DNA of 27,583 bases from Chitinophagaceae bacterium (lineage in GTDB: Bacteria > Bacteroidota > Bacteroidia > Chitinophagales > Chitinophagaceae), in the NCBI GenBank assembly GCA_036375835.1, contig DASVBM010000405.1, positions 1 through 27,583 on the forward strand, in the 5' to 3' direction. Positions within the stretch are counted from its first letter, which is position 1. The number at the start of each line of letters is the position of its first letter. Below, piece by piece: positions 17,407 through 27,583 of the stretch. The notes below the pieces were generated by a model, which ran no database searches, was not told the origin of the DNA, and worked only from the letters and a program-made list of their open reading frames with translations. Position numbers and translations under genes: made by a program.

Positions 17407-19059
17407 ATGCTGCAGCGGCTACTCATACAGAATTACGCTATAATTGACGAAATACAGATCCGGTTTTCCCAGGGGCTGAATATTATTACCGGTGAGACCG
17501 GTGCCGGGAAAAGTATCCTGATGGGCGCGTTGAATCTCATACTCGGTGAGCGCGCAGATACCGGCGTGCTCCTGAACAAGGACAGGAAATGTATTGTGGA
17601 AGGAGTATTCAGCGTAGATACAAAACCAGCGGTGAAACAATTCCTGGTTGATAACGAACTGGACAACGAAACCGAATTGGTGCTGCGGCGGGAGATTGCG
17701 GTAAACGGAAAAACCCGGAGCTTCATCAACGACACTCCGGCTACGCTTCAGCAACTGAAACAACTCGCCTCGCTGCTGGTTGACCTGCACCAGCAATTCG
17801 ATACGCTGGAACTGGGTGATACCGCCTTTCAGCGTGAGGTGCTCGATGCCCTCGCGGGGAACCAGGCAACGCTGGTCCGCATGCGGGAACAATACAACAG
17901 CTGGCGGGAGGCCGCCACCGCGTTAAAACAGCTGCGGGAGCAAAGTGCCTCATTCCATAAAGAAACGGACTACAACCAGTTCCTGTTTGATGAACTGAAC
18001 GACCTGCAGCTGAAAGAAAATGAGCTGGAAGAGCTGGAACAGGAACTGCGGTTGCTGAACCATGCCGAAGACATCCGGTCTGCCTTACTGAAAATCGGTT
18101 ATGAACTGAAGGAGAGTGACCGGCCGCTCACCGGGGTATTAAAGCAGCTTGTTCAGGAGCTGAACAGTTTTGCAACGCATCATCCCAAGCTTCCGGAACT
18201 GATCCAACGCCTGCAATCCGCGCAGATTGAACTGGCCGATATCGCTGAAGAAAGTTCATCCCTCAGTGACGCTGTCCAGCTGGACCCGCAACGGGTTGCG
18301 CTGATCAACGATAAACTGGCTGCAGCCTATAAACTGCAGCGGAAACACGGGGTTTCTTCAACACGGGAATTGCTGGAGATCCAGGCAGGACTCGAAGAAA
18401 AACTCCGGGCGGTGCTGCACACAGATGAAGCTATACTGGCAAAAGAAAAGGAAACGGCACAACTGGTGAAGGAAGCCGCGTCTACCGCAGCCGCCTTGTC
18501 GGCGGCCCGGAAAAAACAGGCTGATCCACTCATTAAAAATGTAAACCGCCTGCTTGCTCAGGTGGGTATGCCCAATGCAAGGATTCAGGTAGAAGTTACT
18601 GACAGTGACTTACAGGAAACCGGCTCCGATACGGTCGAATTCCGGTTTGATGCAAACAAGAGTAACCGGTTCGAGCCTTTGCGTAAAGTGGCAAGTGGCG
18701 GCGAACTCAGCCGCCTGATGCTCTGTATCAAAAGCCTGGTGGCACAGCATATTGATCTCCCGACCATGATTTTCGATGAGATCGATACCGGTATATCCGG
18801 CGAAGCGGCAAGACAGGTGGGCCTCATCATGAAAGAGCTTGCCGGAAGCAGGCAGATCATCTGCATCACCCATCAGCCGCAGATCGCGGGAAAAGCGAAC
18901 GCGCATTTCTTCGTGTACAAGGAAATTAAAGGAGAAACGATCAAAACGAACATCCGTTTACTCGATAATGATGAACGGATCACCGCCATCGCCAGGATGC
19001 TGAGCGGCGAGAAACCCACGGCTGCCGCACTGGAGAACGCGCGTGAACTGATTAACTGA
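17407..19059 (+). CDS. recN: DNA repair protein RecN
   Basis: Walker A ITGETGAGKS, coiled coils, ASGGELSRLML signature, IFDEIDTGISG, ICITHQPQIA. Confidence 0.98.
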   Translation: MLQRLLIQNYAIIDEIQIRFSQGLNIITGETGAGKSILMGALNLILGERADTGVLLNKDRKCIVEGVFSVDTKPAVKQFLVDNELDNETELVLRREIAVNGKTRSFINDTPATLQQLKQLASLLVDLHQQFDTLELGDTAFQREVLDALAGNQATLVRMREQYNSWREAATALKQLREQSASFHKETDYNQFLFDELNDLQLKENELEELEQELRLLNHAEDIRSALLKIGYELKESDRPLTGVLKQLVQELNSFATHHPKLPELIQRLQSAQIELADIAEESSSLSDAVQLDPQRVALINDKLAAAYKLQRKHGVSSTRELLEIQAGLEEKLRAVLHTDEAILAKEKETAQLVKEAASTAAALSAARKKQADPLIKNVNRLLAQVGMPNARIQVEVTDSDLQETGSDTVEFRFDANKSNRFEPLRKVASGGELSRLMLCIKSLVAQHIDLPTMIFDEIDTGISGEAARQVGLIMKELAGSRQIICITHQPQIAGKANAHFFVYKEIKGETIKTNIRLLDNDERITAIARMLSGEKPTAAALENARELIN

Positions 19060-19077
19060 TAAATACATGACCCGCCG

Positions 19078-19293
19078 ATGAATAACGTTCCCCACTGGCA
19101 ATGGCTGATGGTTATTTACTTCGTCCTGGTAGCGGTACCGGTGTGGTTGGTACATTCAGCCTTAAAGCAACGCCTGCTGGCCAGTAAAACCGTGCTGAAT
19201 CTCCTGTTGTATTTCGTTTCTGTAACCGGTGTTGCTTTTATTATGCACTTCATAACGATGTGGCTTTATTTTTCATTCATTTTCCGGGCATAG
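19078..19293 (+). CDS. Small two-TM hypothetical membrane protein
   Basis: 71 aa with two hydrophobic segments separated by a basic linker; fills the gap after recN on the same strand. Confidence 0.6.
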   Translation: MNNVPHWQWLMVIYFVLVAVPVWLVHSALKQRLLASKTVLNLLLYFVSVTGVAFIMHFITMWLYFSFIFRA

Positions 19294-19391
19294 AAACGGG
19301 AAAAACCGCGGAACAGCCGGCGCTGCAGGTTAAATAAAACAGCGGCATTTTCTGCTGAAGCCTTATTTTTACGCCCTCAATTTTCTACTCT

Positions 19392-20204
19392 ATGGCTTAC
19401 AACTTACTCAAGGGGAAAAAAGGAATAATTTTCGGTGCATTGAACGAGCAGTCGATCGCATGGAAGATCGCCAAACGCTGCCATGAAGAAGGCGCGCAAA
19501 TTGTGCTCACCAATGCGCCTATCGCGCTGAGAATGGGTGAAATCAACAAACTGGCCGAAGAAACCGGCGCACCTGTTATCCCCGCAGATGTTGTGAACAT
19601 GGACGACCTCAGCCAGCTCTTCACCAAATCAATGGAACACTTTGGAGGCAAGATTGATTTTGTACTGCATTCCATTGGCATGAGCCTCAATGTGAGGAAA
19701 GGAAAACATTATACAGAGATCGATTACGGTTTCAACCAGAAAACGCTGGATATTTCCGCAATGAGCCTGCACCGGGTACTGCGCACCGCCTGGGATATGG
19801 ACGCGATCAATGAATGGGGCAGCGTGGTAGCGCTCACTTATATCGCCGCACAGCGTGTGTTCCCCGATTATAACGAGATGGCCGACGCCAAGGCGCTGCT
19901 GGAAAGTGTATCGCGCAGCTTCGGTTACCACTATGCGAAAAAGAAAAAAGTACGTATCAATACCGTATCGCAATCTCCGACCCGTACTACCGCCGGCAGT
20001 GGCGTAAAAGGCTTCGACGGGTTTATCAATTATGCAGAAAAAATGAGTCCGCTGGGTAACGCCAGTGCCGAAGACTGCGCGAATTACTGTGTAACGCTTT
20101 TCAGCGACCTCACGCGTATGGTAACGATGCAGAACCTTTTCCACGACGGTGGCTTCAGTTTCACCGGCGTAACACAGGATGTGATTGAACAGATGGAAAA
20201 ATAA
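19392..20204 (+). CDS. fabI: Enoyl-ACP reductase (NADH)
   Basis: LLKGKKGIIFGALNEQSIAW, LHSIGMS, ALTY, YNEMADAKA, INTVSQSPT, MQNLFHDGG. Confidence 0.95.
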   Translation: MAYNLLKGKKGIIFGALNEQSIAWKIAKRCHEEGAQIVLTNAPIALRMGEINKLAEETGAPVIPADVVNMDDLSQLFTKSMEHFGGKIDFVLHSIGMSLNVRKGKHYTEIDYGFNQKTLDISAMSLHRVLRTAWDMDAINEWGSVVALTYIAAQRVFPDYNEMADAKALLESVSRSFGYHYAKKKKVRINTVSQSPTRTTAGSGVKGFDGFINYAEKMSPLGNASAEDCANYCVTLFSDLTRMVTMQNLFHDGGFSFTGVTQDVIEQMEK

Positions 20205-20303
20205 GCGGGAAAAACAGGATAGTGGTGCCGGCTGCTGTACACGCTTCAGCTTCGTTGTGTCACTCACTTGTACTGTTTCTCCGCTGCTCAACAACCCAGA
20301 CAA

Positions 20304-20588
20304 ATGAGTAACTCCTCTACCCCGGCTACGCCCCGGCTGACCAACCTGATTGGTTACCTCGGGTCTTTCCTTACCTGTATCACCTTCGTGCCCCAGGTGA
20401 TCAAATCCTGGGAAACACAAAGCGTCGGTGACCTCAGCCTGACAATGGTTTGCATAGTGATCACCAGCACGCTGGTCTGGCTCTGGTATGGAATACGAAT
20501 CAAAAGCGGGCCGGTAATTGTTGCCAACTCCATTGTTTTTTTACTTGGGTGCATTCTGCTTTACTTCAAACTGACATTCCGCGCCTGA
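20304..20588 (+). CDS. SemiSWEET / PQ-loop transporter
   Basis: Three TM helices, FVPQ motif, DLS, WLWYG, VANSI. Start placed at the ATG at 20304, which has an A-rich upstream context. Confidence 0.88.
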   Translation: MSNSSTPATPRLTNLIGYLGSFLTCITFVPQVIKSWETQSVGDLSLTMVCIVITSTLVWLWYGIRIKSGPVIVANSIVFLLGCILLYFKLTFRA

Positions 20589-20713
20589 GCGGCAGTGTGC
20601 GTGTCCGCGCTGCACTGTTCCAGGCTAATCAAACCGCATCACGGCAGTAATCCACAAATGGTTGCATAAAAGCTCCCATCCCTCTCCCCTCTGTTCCTTA
20701 CCTTCGCAGCGTT

Positions 20714-22912
20714 ATGGAAATAACCGCCAAAACGGCTCAGCAACTCCGGCTTACCGAATCGGAATTTGAGCTGATCAAACAGAAACTCGGCCGCATCCCC
20801 AACTTTACCGAACTCTGCGCATTCAGCGGCATGTGGAGCGAACATTGCAGCTACAAGAATTCTATCAAATGGTTGAAGACATTGCCCCGCAGCGGAGGAA
20901 AAATGCTGGTAGCAGCCGGGGAAGAAAATGCAGGACTGATGGACATGGGCAACGGCTGGGGAGTGGTTTTTAAAATCGAAAGCCATAACCATCCCTCCGC
21001 GATAGAGCCCTTCCAGGGTGCCGCCACCGGTGTGGGTGGAATACAACGCGATATTTTTACAATGGGCGCAAGACCCATTGCTTCACTGAACAGCCTCAGG
21101 TTCGGTAAGCTGGACGATAAAAAAACGCAGCGTTTGCTGGCTGGTGTTGTACACGGCATTGGCCATTATGGCAACTGCTTTGGCGTTCCAACCGTAGGTG
21201 GGGAAGTATATTTCGAAGAATGCTATCACACCAACCCCCTCGTAAATGCAATGAGCGTAGGAATCGTACAGGTGGGCAAAACGATTTCCGCAACCGCGGA
21301 AGGAGTGGGTAATCCTGTATTTTTTGTTGGCAGTGCAACCGGGAAGGATGGCATCGGCGGCGCTTCTTTTGCCAGCGCCGATATCACTGCTGAAAGTGCG
21401 GAAGAGCTGCCGGCGGTTCAGGTTGGCGATCCTTTCCAGGAGAAAAAATTACTTGAAGCCTGTCTTGAACTGATTGATACCGGCGCCGTAGTCGGAATGC
21501 AGGATATGGGAGCGGCAGGCATTATCTGCTCCACGGCAGAAATGAGTGCGAAAGGTGGGGTGGGCATGCGCATAGACCTGGATAAAGTACCCACCCGGCA
21601 GCAAAACATGAAAGCCTGGGAACTGCTGTTGAGTGAAAGCCAGGAGCGGATGCTTATAGTAGTGGAAAAAGGAAAAGAAGCCGCGGTACTCAAGGTATTT
21701 GAGAAATGGGATCTTTCAGCGAGCAATATCGGAGAAGTCACCGGCGATGGCCTGCTCAAATTCTATATGCATGGTGAACTGGAAGCCGAAATACCGGCGA
21801 ATGAACTGGTGCTGGGTGGTGGCGCGCCGCAGTATGACCGGGAATATAAAGAGCCGGCCTATTTCCAGAATATAAAGTCATTTAGCATTGATGCAGTCGA
21901 TGACCTGCAGGCGCTGAAACCGGTTGCAGAACAACTGGTGGAAATTCCGAATATCGCTTCAAAAAAATGGGTGTATACGCAGTACGACAGTATGGTGGGC
22001 GCGGCAAACGCATCGACCAACCAGCCTTCCGACGCGGCAATTGTGCTGGCGAAAGGAACCGGCAAGGCACTCGCGGTAACGGTAGACTGCAATAGCCGTT
22101 ATGTATACGCCGATCCCTATAAAGGAGCGATGATTGCCGTGGCAGAAGCCGCCAGGAATATCGTTTGCAGCGGTGGTGAACCGTTGGGTGTTACCAACTG
22201 CCTGAATTTCGGCAACCCTTACGATCCCGAAGTTTACTACCAGTTCGTCAAGGCTGTATCCGGCATGGGCGAGGCCTGTCGCCGGTTCAATACCCCGGTT
22301 ACCGGTGGTAACGTGAGTTTTTATAATCAGAACCCCGAAGGACCGGTCTATCCCACTCCAACCATCGGAATGGTTGGCCTGGTAGAAGACCTGGAAAAGA
22401 GAATGACGATGGATTTCAAGTCGGAAGGCGACGTCATTCTGCTGGTGGGCTCACCGAAAAACGATATTGGTTCTTCTGAATACCTGCACAAGATCAAAGG
22501 TGTGGAGTTCTCCCCTGCCCCCGATTTTGACCTGGAACATGAATGGAAGGTGCAGCAGTTCATCGCTTCACTCATCGCAGACCGGTTAATCAGATCCGCG
22601 CACGATATCAGTGAAGGAGGCCTGGCTATCACGCTGCTGGAAAAAGGTTTTAACCGCGGGCTTGGCTTTGAGGTTAACGCTTTACGGGAAGGAATACGCA
22701 ACGATGCTTTCTGGTTCGGCGAATCACAGAGCCGGGCAGTGGTAACATGCAGCCGCGATCAGGTGAAACAGATCGTTGGCCGCGGTATTGAGGTAACAGA
22801 ACTTGGAATCGTCACTACAGGTGAAGTAAAAGTGAATGGTGAAAACTGGGGAAATATCGCAGACTGGAAACAGCGCTACGACACGGCGATTGAAAAATAC
22901 CTGGCGCGTTAA
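20714..22912 (+). CDS. purL: Phosphoribosylformylglycinamidine synthase subunit PurL (small type; needs PurQ and PurS encoded elsewhere)
   Basis: [65 protein letters not shown]; 732 aa with no glutaminase domain. Confidence 0.98.
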   Translation: MEITAKTAQQLRLTESEFELIKQKLGRIPNFTELCAFSGMWSEHCSYKNSIKWLKTLPRSGGKMLVAAGEENAGLMDMGNGWGVVFKIESHNHPSAIEPFQGAATGVGGIQRDIFTMGARPIASLNSLRFGKLDDKKTQRLLAGVVHGIGHYGNCFGVPTVGGEVYFEECYHTNPLVNAMSVGIVQVGKTISATAEGVGNPVFFVGSATGKDGIGGASFASADITAESAEELPAVQVGDPFQEKKLLEACLELIDTGAVVGMQDMGAAGIICSTAEMSAKGGVGMRIDLDKVPTRQQNMKAWELLLSESQERMLIVVEKGKEAAVLKVFEKWDLSASNIGEVTGDGLLKFYMHGELEAEIPANELVLGGGAPQYDREYKEPAYFQNIKSFSIDAVDDLQALKPVAEQLVEIPNIASKKWVYTQYDSMVGAANASTNQPSDAAIVLAKGTGKALAVTVDCNSRYVYADPYKGAMIAVAEAARNIVCSGGEPLGVTNCLNFGNPYDPEVYYQFVKAVSGMGEACRRFNTPVTGGNVSFYNQNPEGPVYPTPTIGMVGLVEDLEKRMTMDFKSEGDVILLVGSPKNDIGSSEYLHKIKGVEFSPAPDFDLEHEWKVQQFIASLIADRLIRSAHDISEGGLAITLLEKGFNRGLGFEVNALREGIRNDAFWFGESQSRAVVTCSRDQVKQIVGRGIEVTELGIVTTGEVKVNGENWGNIADWKQRYDTAIEKYLAR

Positions 22913-23919
22913 TGACAACGACAACTGAATCATATATAGTAGTAACCGGGGCGGCCGGCTTCATAGGCAGTTGCATGGCAGCCTGGCTGAACGAGCAGGG
23001 ATACCGCAACCTGGTACTTGCAGATGATTTCGGTTCCGAAGAAAAAAGGCGGAACTGGGAAGGCCGCGCTTATGCGCACGTGGTAGAACGATACAATCTT
23101 TTTGACTGGTTAAAGGAAAATGCGATCCGGGTGGACTGCATGATCCACCTCGGCGCGAGAACCGACACAACGGAATTCGACTATTCGATTCACGAGGCGC
23201 TGAACCTTCAGTATTCAAAAGATGCCTGGTTTTACTGCGTATTAAAAAACATTCCGCTGATCTACGCATCATCTGCTGCCACCTATGGCGCAGGCGAATA
23301 CGGATACGAAGACAACCACGAGCTGGTCAGAAAACTGCAACCGCTGAATCCTTACGGGATCAGCAAGAATGAATTTGATAAATGGGCCCTGCAGCAGGAA
23401 CAGCATCCCCCCTGCTGGACGGGACTGAAGTTTTTCAACGTCTACGGTCCGAATGAATATCACAAGGGAAGGATGGCCTCAGTGGTCTGGCATTCATTCA
23501 ACCAGATCAGAAAAGACGGAGAAGTAAAATTGTTTCGCAGCCACCGCAACGATTTCGAAGACGGAAAACAACTGCGCGATTTTGTTTATGTAAAAGACGT
23601 GGTAAAGGTGATCGGCTGGATGATGGACAGAATGCTGAACGGCAACTGGCCCGAAAAGCTGAACGGTATTTACAACCTGGGAACCGGCAAGGCCCGGAGC
23701 TTTGTTGACCTGGCGAAAGCAACATTTGCCGCGCTGGACCTGGAGCCGAAGATCCGGTTCATTGATATGCCTGCCGATATACGTGACAAATACCAGTATT
23801 TCACCGAAGCCAGGATGGAAAAGCTCCTGTCTGCCGGTTATCATGAACCCTTCTATTCGCTGGAAGCCGGGGTTGACGACTACGTGCGCAATTACCTTGC
23901 TGCCGGAAAAACCTGGTGA
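22912..23919 (+). CDS. hldD: ADP-L-glycero-D-manno-heptose 6-epimerase
   Basis: VTGAAGFIGS, YASSAATYG, PLNPYGISK, FFNVYGPNEYHKGRMAS, RDFVYV, YNLGTG, YQYFTEA. Confidence 0.92.
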   Translation: MTTTTESYIVVTGAAGFIGSCMAAWLNEQGYRNLVLADDFGSEEKRRNWEGRAYAHVVERYNLFDWLKENAIRVDCMIHLGARTDTTEFDYSIHEALNLQYSKDAWFYCVLKNIPLIYASSAATYGAGEYGYEDNHELVRKLQPLNPYGISKNEFDKWALQQEQHPPCWTGLKFFNVYGPNEYHKGRMASVVWHSFNQIRKDGEVKLFRSHRNDFEDGKQLRDFVYVKDVVKVIGWMMDRMLNGNWPEKLNGIYNLGTGKARSFVDLAKATFAALDLEPKIRFIDMPADIRDKYQYFTEARMEKLLSAGYHEPFYSLEAGVDDYVRNYLAAGKTW

Positions 23920-23921
23920 GG

Positions 23922-24812
23922 CTATTCGGTGTCTATTCTTTCCTGCAGGAATTCAACTGCTTTTTTCTTGGAATCTTCAGTGGCTTCCCTGTTGAATGCG
24001 GGATTGCTCGGATTGGCAAATCCGTGGCCCGCGTCATACCGGTATACCGTAAGAGACTTGCCCGCGGTCTTCATATCTTTTTCAAAAGCATCAACCATTT
24101 CAGGTGATGGGCTTTTGTCTTTATTTCCGAAAAAACCGATGATGTCTGCATTCAGCAACCGGAGCCGCTCGACGTTTGTTTCCGGGCGCCCATAGAACAT
24201 CACCCCGGCTCTGCCCTGTTTTCCCGCAATGATAGAAGCCTGGAGGCTCCATGCGCCACCAAAACACCAGCCAAGGGTGGAGATTTCCGCATCCTTGCCG
24301 GCCCAGCTGATCGCACCTTCTATAATACTGACGATCCGCTCATTTTTCACCGACTGCACATACTTCATTGCACTGTCGCGGTTATCGGTCACCCGGCCGT
24401 CATACAAATCCAGTGCAAGCACATTGGCTTCCTTATCAAGCTGGTCCCAGTACCAGTCGGATTCGCGCTTCACGTAATCGTTCAATCCCCACCACTCCTG
24501 GATTACCAGCAGGTACTTATTCGTTTTTTTCTTTGCGGGAACATAGTAACCACCCGCATCTGCACCGCCTGAAACCGCGAACCGGATCATGCTCCCCTTC
24601 TGACCATCATAATGAAATGGCAGCGGATTGACATGCATGTTCTTAAATGCTTCAGTCGAAGCCTCCCGCTGAAACCGCGCGAACATGTCACTCTGGAAGC
24701 AACTGATATAACATTCCGGGGAAAGGGGCTGCGGTGCCGGTGTTTTCAGTGTATAACTCAGCAGTCCCGCGGTGATGAACGCGGTACCCGCCAGGAACAG
24801 TAATTTCTTCAT
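23922..24812 (-). CDS. Dienelactone hydrolase family protein with signal peptide
   Basis: IQEWWGLN, LALDLY, GWCFGG nucleophile, DKS, YDAGHGFANPSN. Confidence 0.92.
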   Translation of the reverse strand: MKKLLFLAGTAFITAGLLSYTLKTPAPQPLSPECYISCFQSDMFARFQREASTEAFKNMHVNPLPFHYDGQKGSMIRFAVSGGADAGGYYVPAKKKTNKYLLVIQEWWGLNDYVKRESDWYWDQLDKEANVLALDLYDGRVTDNRDSAMKYVQSVKNERIVSIIEGAISWAGKDAEISTLGWCFGGAWSLQASIIAGKQGRAGVMFYGRPETNVERLRLLNADIIGFFGNKDKSPSPEMVDAFEKDMKTAGKSLTVYRYDAGHGFANPSNPAFNREATEDSKKKAVEFLQERIDTE

Positions 24813-24914
24813 CGTTAAATGGTTTGGCAGATCAAAATGTGCACTTTAAGTTAACATTTTTATTTTTTCAGCCGTAGCGGCTGTAGCTTATTTTTTTCCA
24901 AGAAATATTCTCCT

Positions 24915-24922
24915 TAGGTTTG
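24915..24922 (+). promoter_or_regulatory. -7 promoter box upstream of pyrG, implying a leader of about 150 nt
   Basis: TAGGTTTG (perfect TAnnTTTG), 157 nt before the pyrG ATG. Confidence 0.6.
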
Positions 24923-25067
24923 TACGACCTCTGAGAATTTCTCACATGTTTCTCCCTGGTCATATTGGTTTGCCCGGGCATACCGGCATCGAAGGCAGGA
25001 TGAGTTGGTGAACCACACAACGGAAGCCAGATAACAGATCAAAGCAAGGACGACAGAACAGTATTAA

Positions 25068-26729
<1,662 letters not shown>

Positions 26730-26752
26730 GTGATCAAAAGATAGTGAAAGAG

Positions 26753-26787
26753 GCCGTCTCAATACATTTTGAGGCGGCTTTTTCTTT
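26753..26787 (+). terminator. Intrinsic terminator of pyrG
   Basis: GCCGTCTCAA / 6-nt loop / TTGAGGCGGC, then TTTTTCTTT. Confidence 0.8.
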
Positions 26788-26821
26788 GCCTCTGCACCCC
26801 CCATTTCCGGGGTGCAGAGGC
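26788..26821. repeat. Perfect 13-bp inverted repeat
   Basis: GCCTCTGCACCCC (26788-26800), 8-nt spacer, GGGGTGCAGAGGC (26809-26821). Confidence 0.85.
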
Positions 26822-26968
26822 GGTTTAACCCTGCGCAAGGCATCACCCGGCCAGGAACTATCTTTTCGTGGCCAGCCCGGGTTTTTTCTCCGAAAATCCC
26901 GCAAATACTTCCATGCTCCCTCCGCTGCAGTATTGGAAGCGGACCCGTGCCGGCCATGTCCGGAGGTT

Positions 26969-27053
26969 GTCTACCCCTGGCTCACAGTTTGGCTACCCTT
27001 TGTTTACCCCCAGGGTAAACGAGGGGTAAACGAAGGGTAAACGAAGGGTAAAC
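26969..27053. repeat. Inverted array of 11-bp-period repeats (core GGGTAAAC)
   Basis: Four direct units end at 27020, 27031, 27042 and 27053. Inverted units begin at 27002, 26991 and 26969; the 26980 slot is degenerate. Confidence 0.9.
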
Positions 27054-27225
27054 CAGCTGAGACTATGGCCATGCCTTTTCCCGGTTTTGGCAGGTTCCGG
27101 GACCGCTCGGGATCTGTTATAGAAATGCAAAAAACCAGCTGAACTGTAACCTTTTGCCGGTAAAAAAGTTATACGGGAAGGAAAGGTCCCCTGTGGGATC
27201 AACATTTTTCAAAAAACCATCGATT

Positions 27226-27583
27226 ATGGCAAAGTTCAACAATGGAAATCTCAGCGGATTAATCGGCCCGGTGGTAGCATGCACATTGGGCGGTAAGACC
27301 TACCTCCGCAGCAGACCCGAACGATCGAACAAGCCAGCTTCGCCGGCGCAGCGCGCGCAGCGAACCAGTCTGGGAATGGTAAGGCTGTTTGTTACCCCGT
27401 TCAGGCCGGTATTACAATTAGGTTTTGCAGAAGCCTCGTCAGAAGGCAATGCACACAACATTGGGATCAAACGGAACTTCAGGCGGATCCTCCAGGGTGA
27501 GCACCCGGCGGTTTCCTCGACTACAGCAAGGCCACCCGGTTCCGCTGCTGCGGTGACTGCGGTAACATTCGCCAATCGGCCTT
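27226..27583 (+). CDS. DUF6266-like Bacteroidota protein, 3' truncated by the window, with a possible frameshift near 27516
   Basis: Absent from the ORF track because no stop falls in the window. MAKFNNGNLSGLIGPVVACTLGGKTYLRSRPERSNKPASPAQRAQR matches my recollection of the DUF6266 N-terminus (SGKxGxVV...GKxYxRSxP..SxxPPTxAQxAQR). Confidence 0.7.
   Translation, partial: MAKFNNGNLSGLIGPVVACTLGGKTYLRSRPERSNKPASPAQRAQRTSLGMVRLFVTPFRPVLQLGFAEASSEGNAHNIGIKRNFRRILQGEHPAVSSTTARPPGSAAAVTAVTFANRP

Noticed and set aside
10296-20303. Extended starts in the ORF track (10296 for mqnD, 14971 for the zinc-ribbon gene, 20268 for SemiSWEET)
   Set aside because: Extensions overlap upstream genes or lack family similarity; downstream ATGs at 10323, 15040 and 20304 fit better.
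24869-24883. CAGCCG-TAG-CGGCTG palindrome between the divergent hydrolase and pyrG genes
   Set aside because: Real, but no gene ends here for it to terminate and there is no second copy to support an operator.
24930-24980. GGGCAAACCA on the minus strand, like the start of a c-di-GMP-I riboswitch
   Set aside because: The downstream GAAA tetraloop helix and GGGACGCAAAG core are missing.
26969-27053. Possible CRISPR array
   Set aside because: Units are 11 bp, contiguous and have no spacers; no cas genes in view.
27300-27575. 91-aa minus-strand ORF in the track
   Set aside because: Antisense shadow of the plus-strand DUF6266-like gene.

Overview
Mostly core-genome segment from a Bacteroidota organism. 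A Chitinophagaceae-like origin is inferred from TAnnTTTG/A promoter boxes, the near-absence of Shine-Dalgarno motifs, futalosine genes and the small-type PurL. Gene order: partial accB, accC; secreted HExxH metalloprotease; glutamine synthetase type III; an operon of histidine kinase, NarL-type regulator and polytopic membrane protein; folE with two tandem PTPS paralogs, divergent from mqnB-mqnD; class IV aminotransferase (PabC-like); orphan NarL regulator; small PLDc_N-like membrane protein; NIF3/DUF34, C4 zinc-ribbon and TPR proteins; recN; fabI; SemiSWEET; purL-hldD; dienelactone hydrolase; pyrG; and a truncated DUF6266-like gene at the right edge. No rRNA, tRNA, CRISPR array or transposase was seen. 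The strongest leads are non-coding: (1) two candidate small transcripts at about 12.87-13.02 kb and 13.57-13.66 kb, each with its own promoter and terminator, sharing an AATCCAA..ATCCTGG..GAAAA motif; (2) an 85-bp inverted array of 11-bp-phased repeats centred on 27011, upstream of the DUF6266-like gene; (3) a long pyrG leader with a hand-folded four-way junction and a 21-aa uORF; (4) tandem C-X5-HGH PTPS genes with folE. All family assignments come from motif recognition by eye, not database searches.
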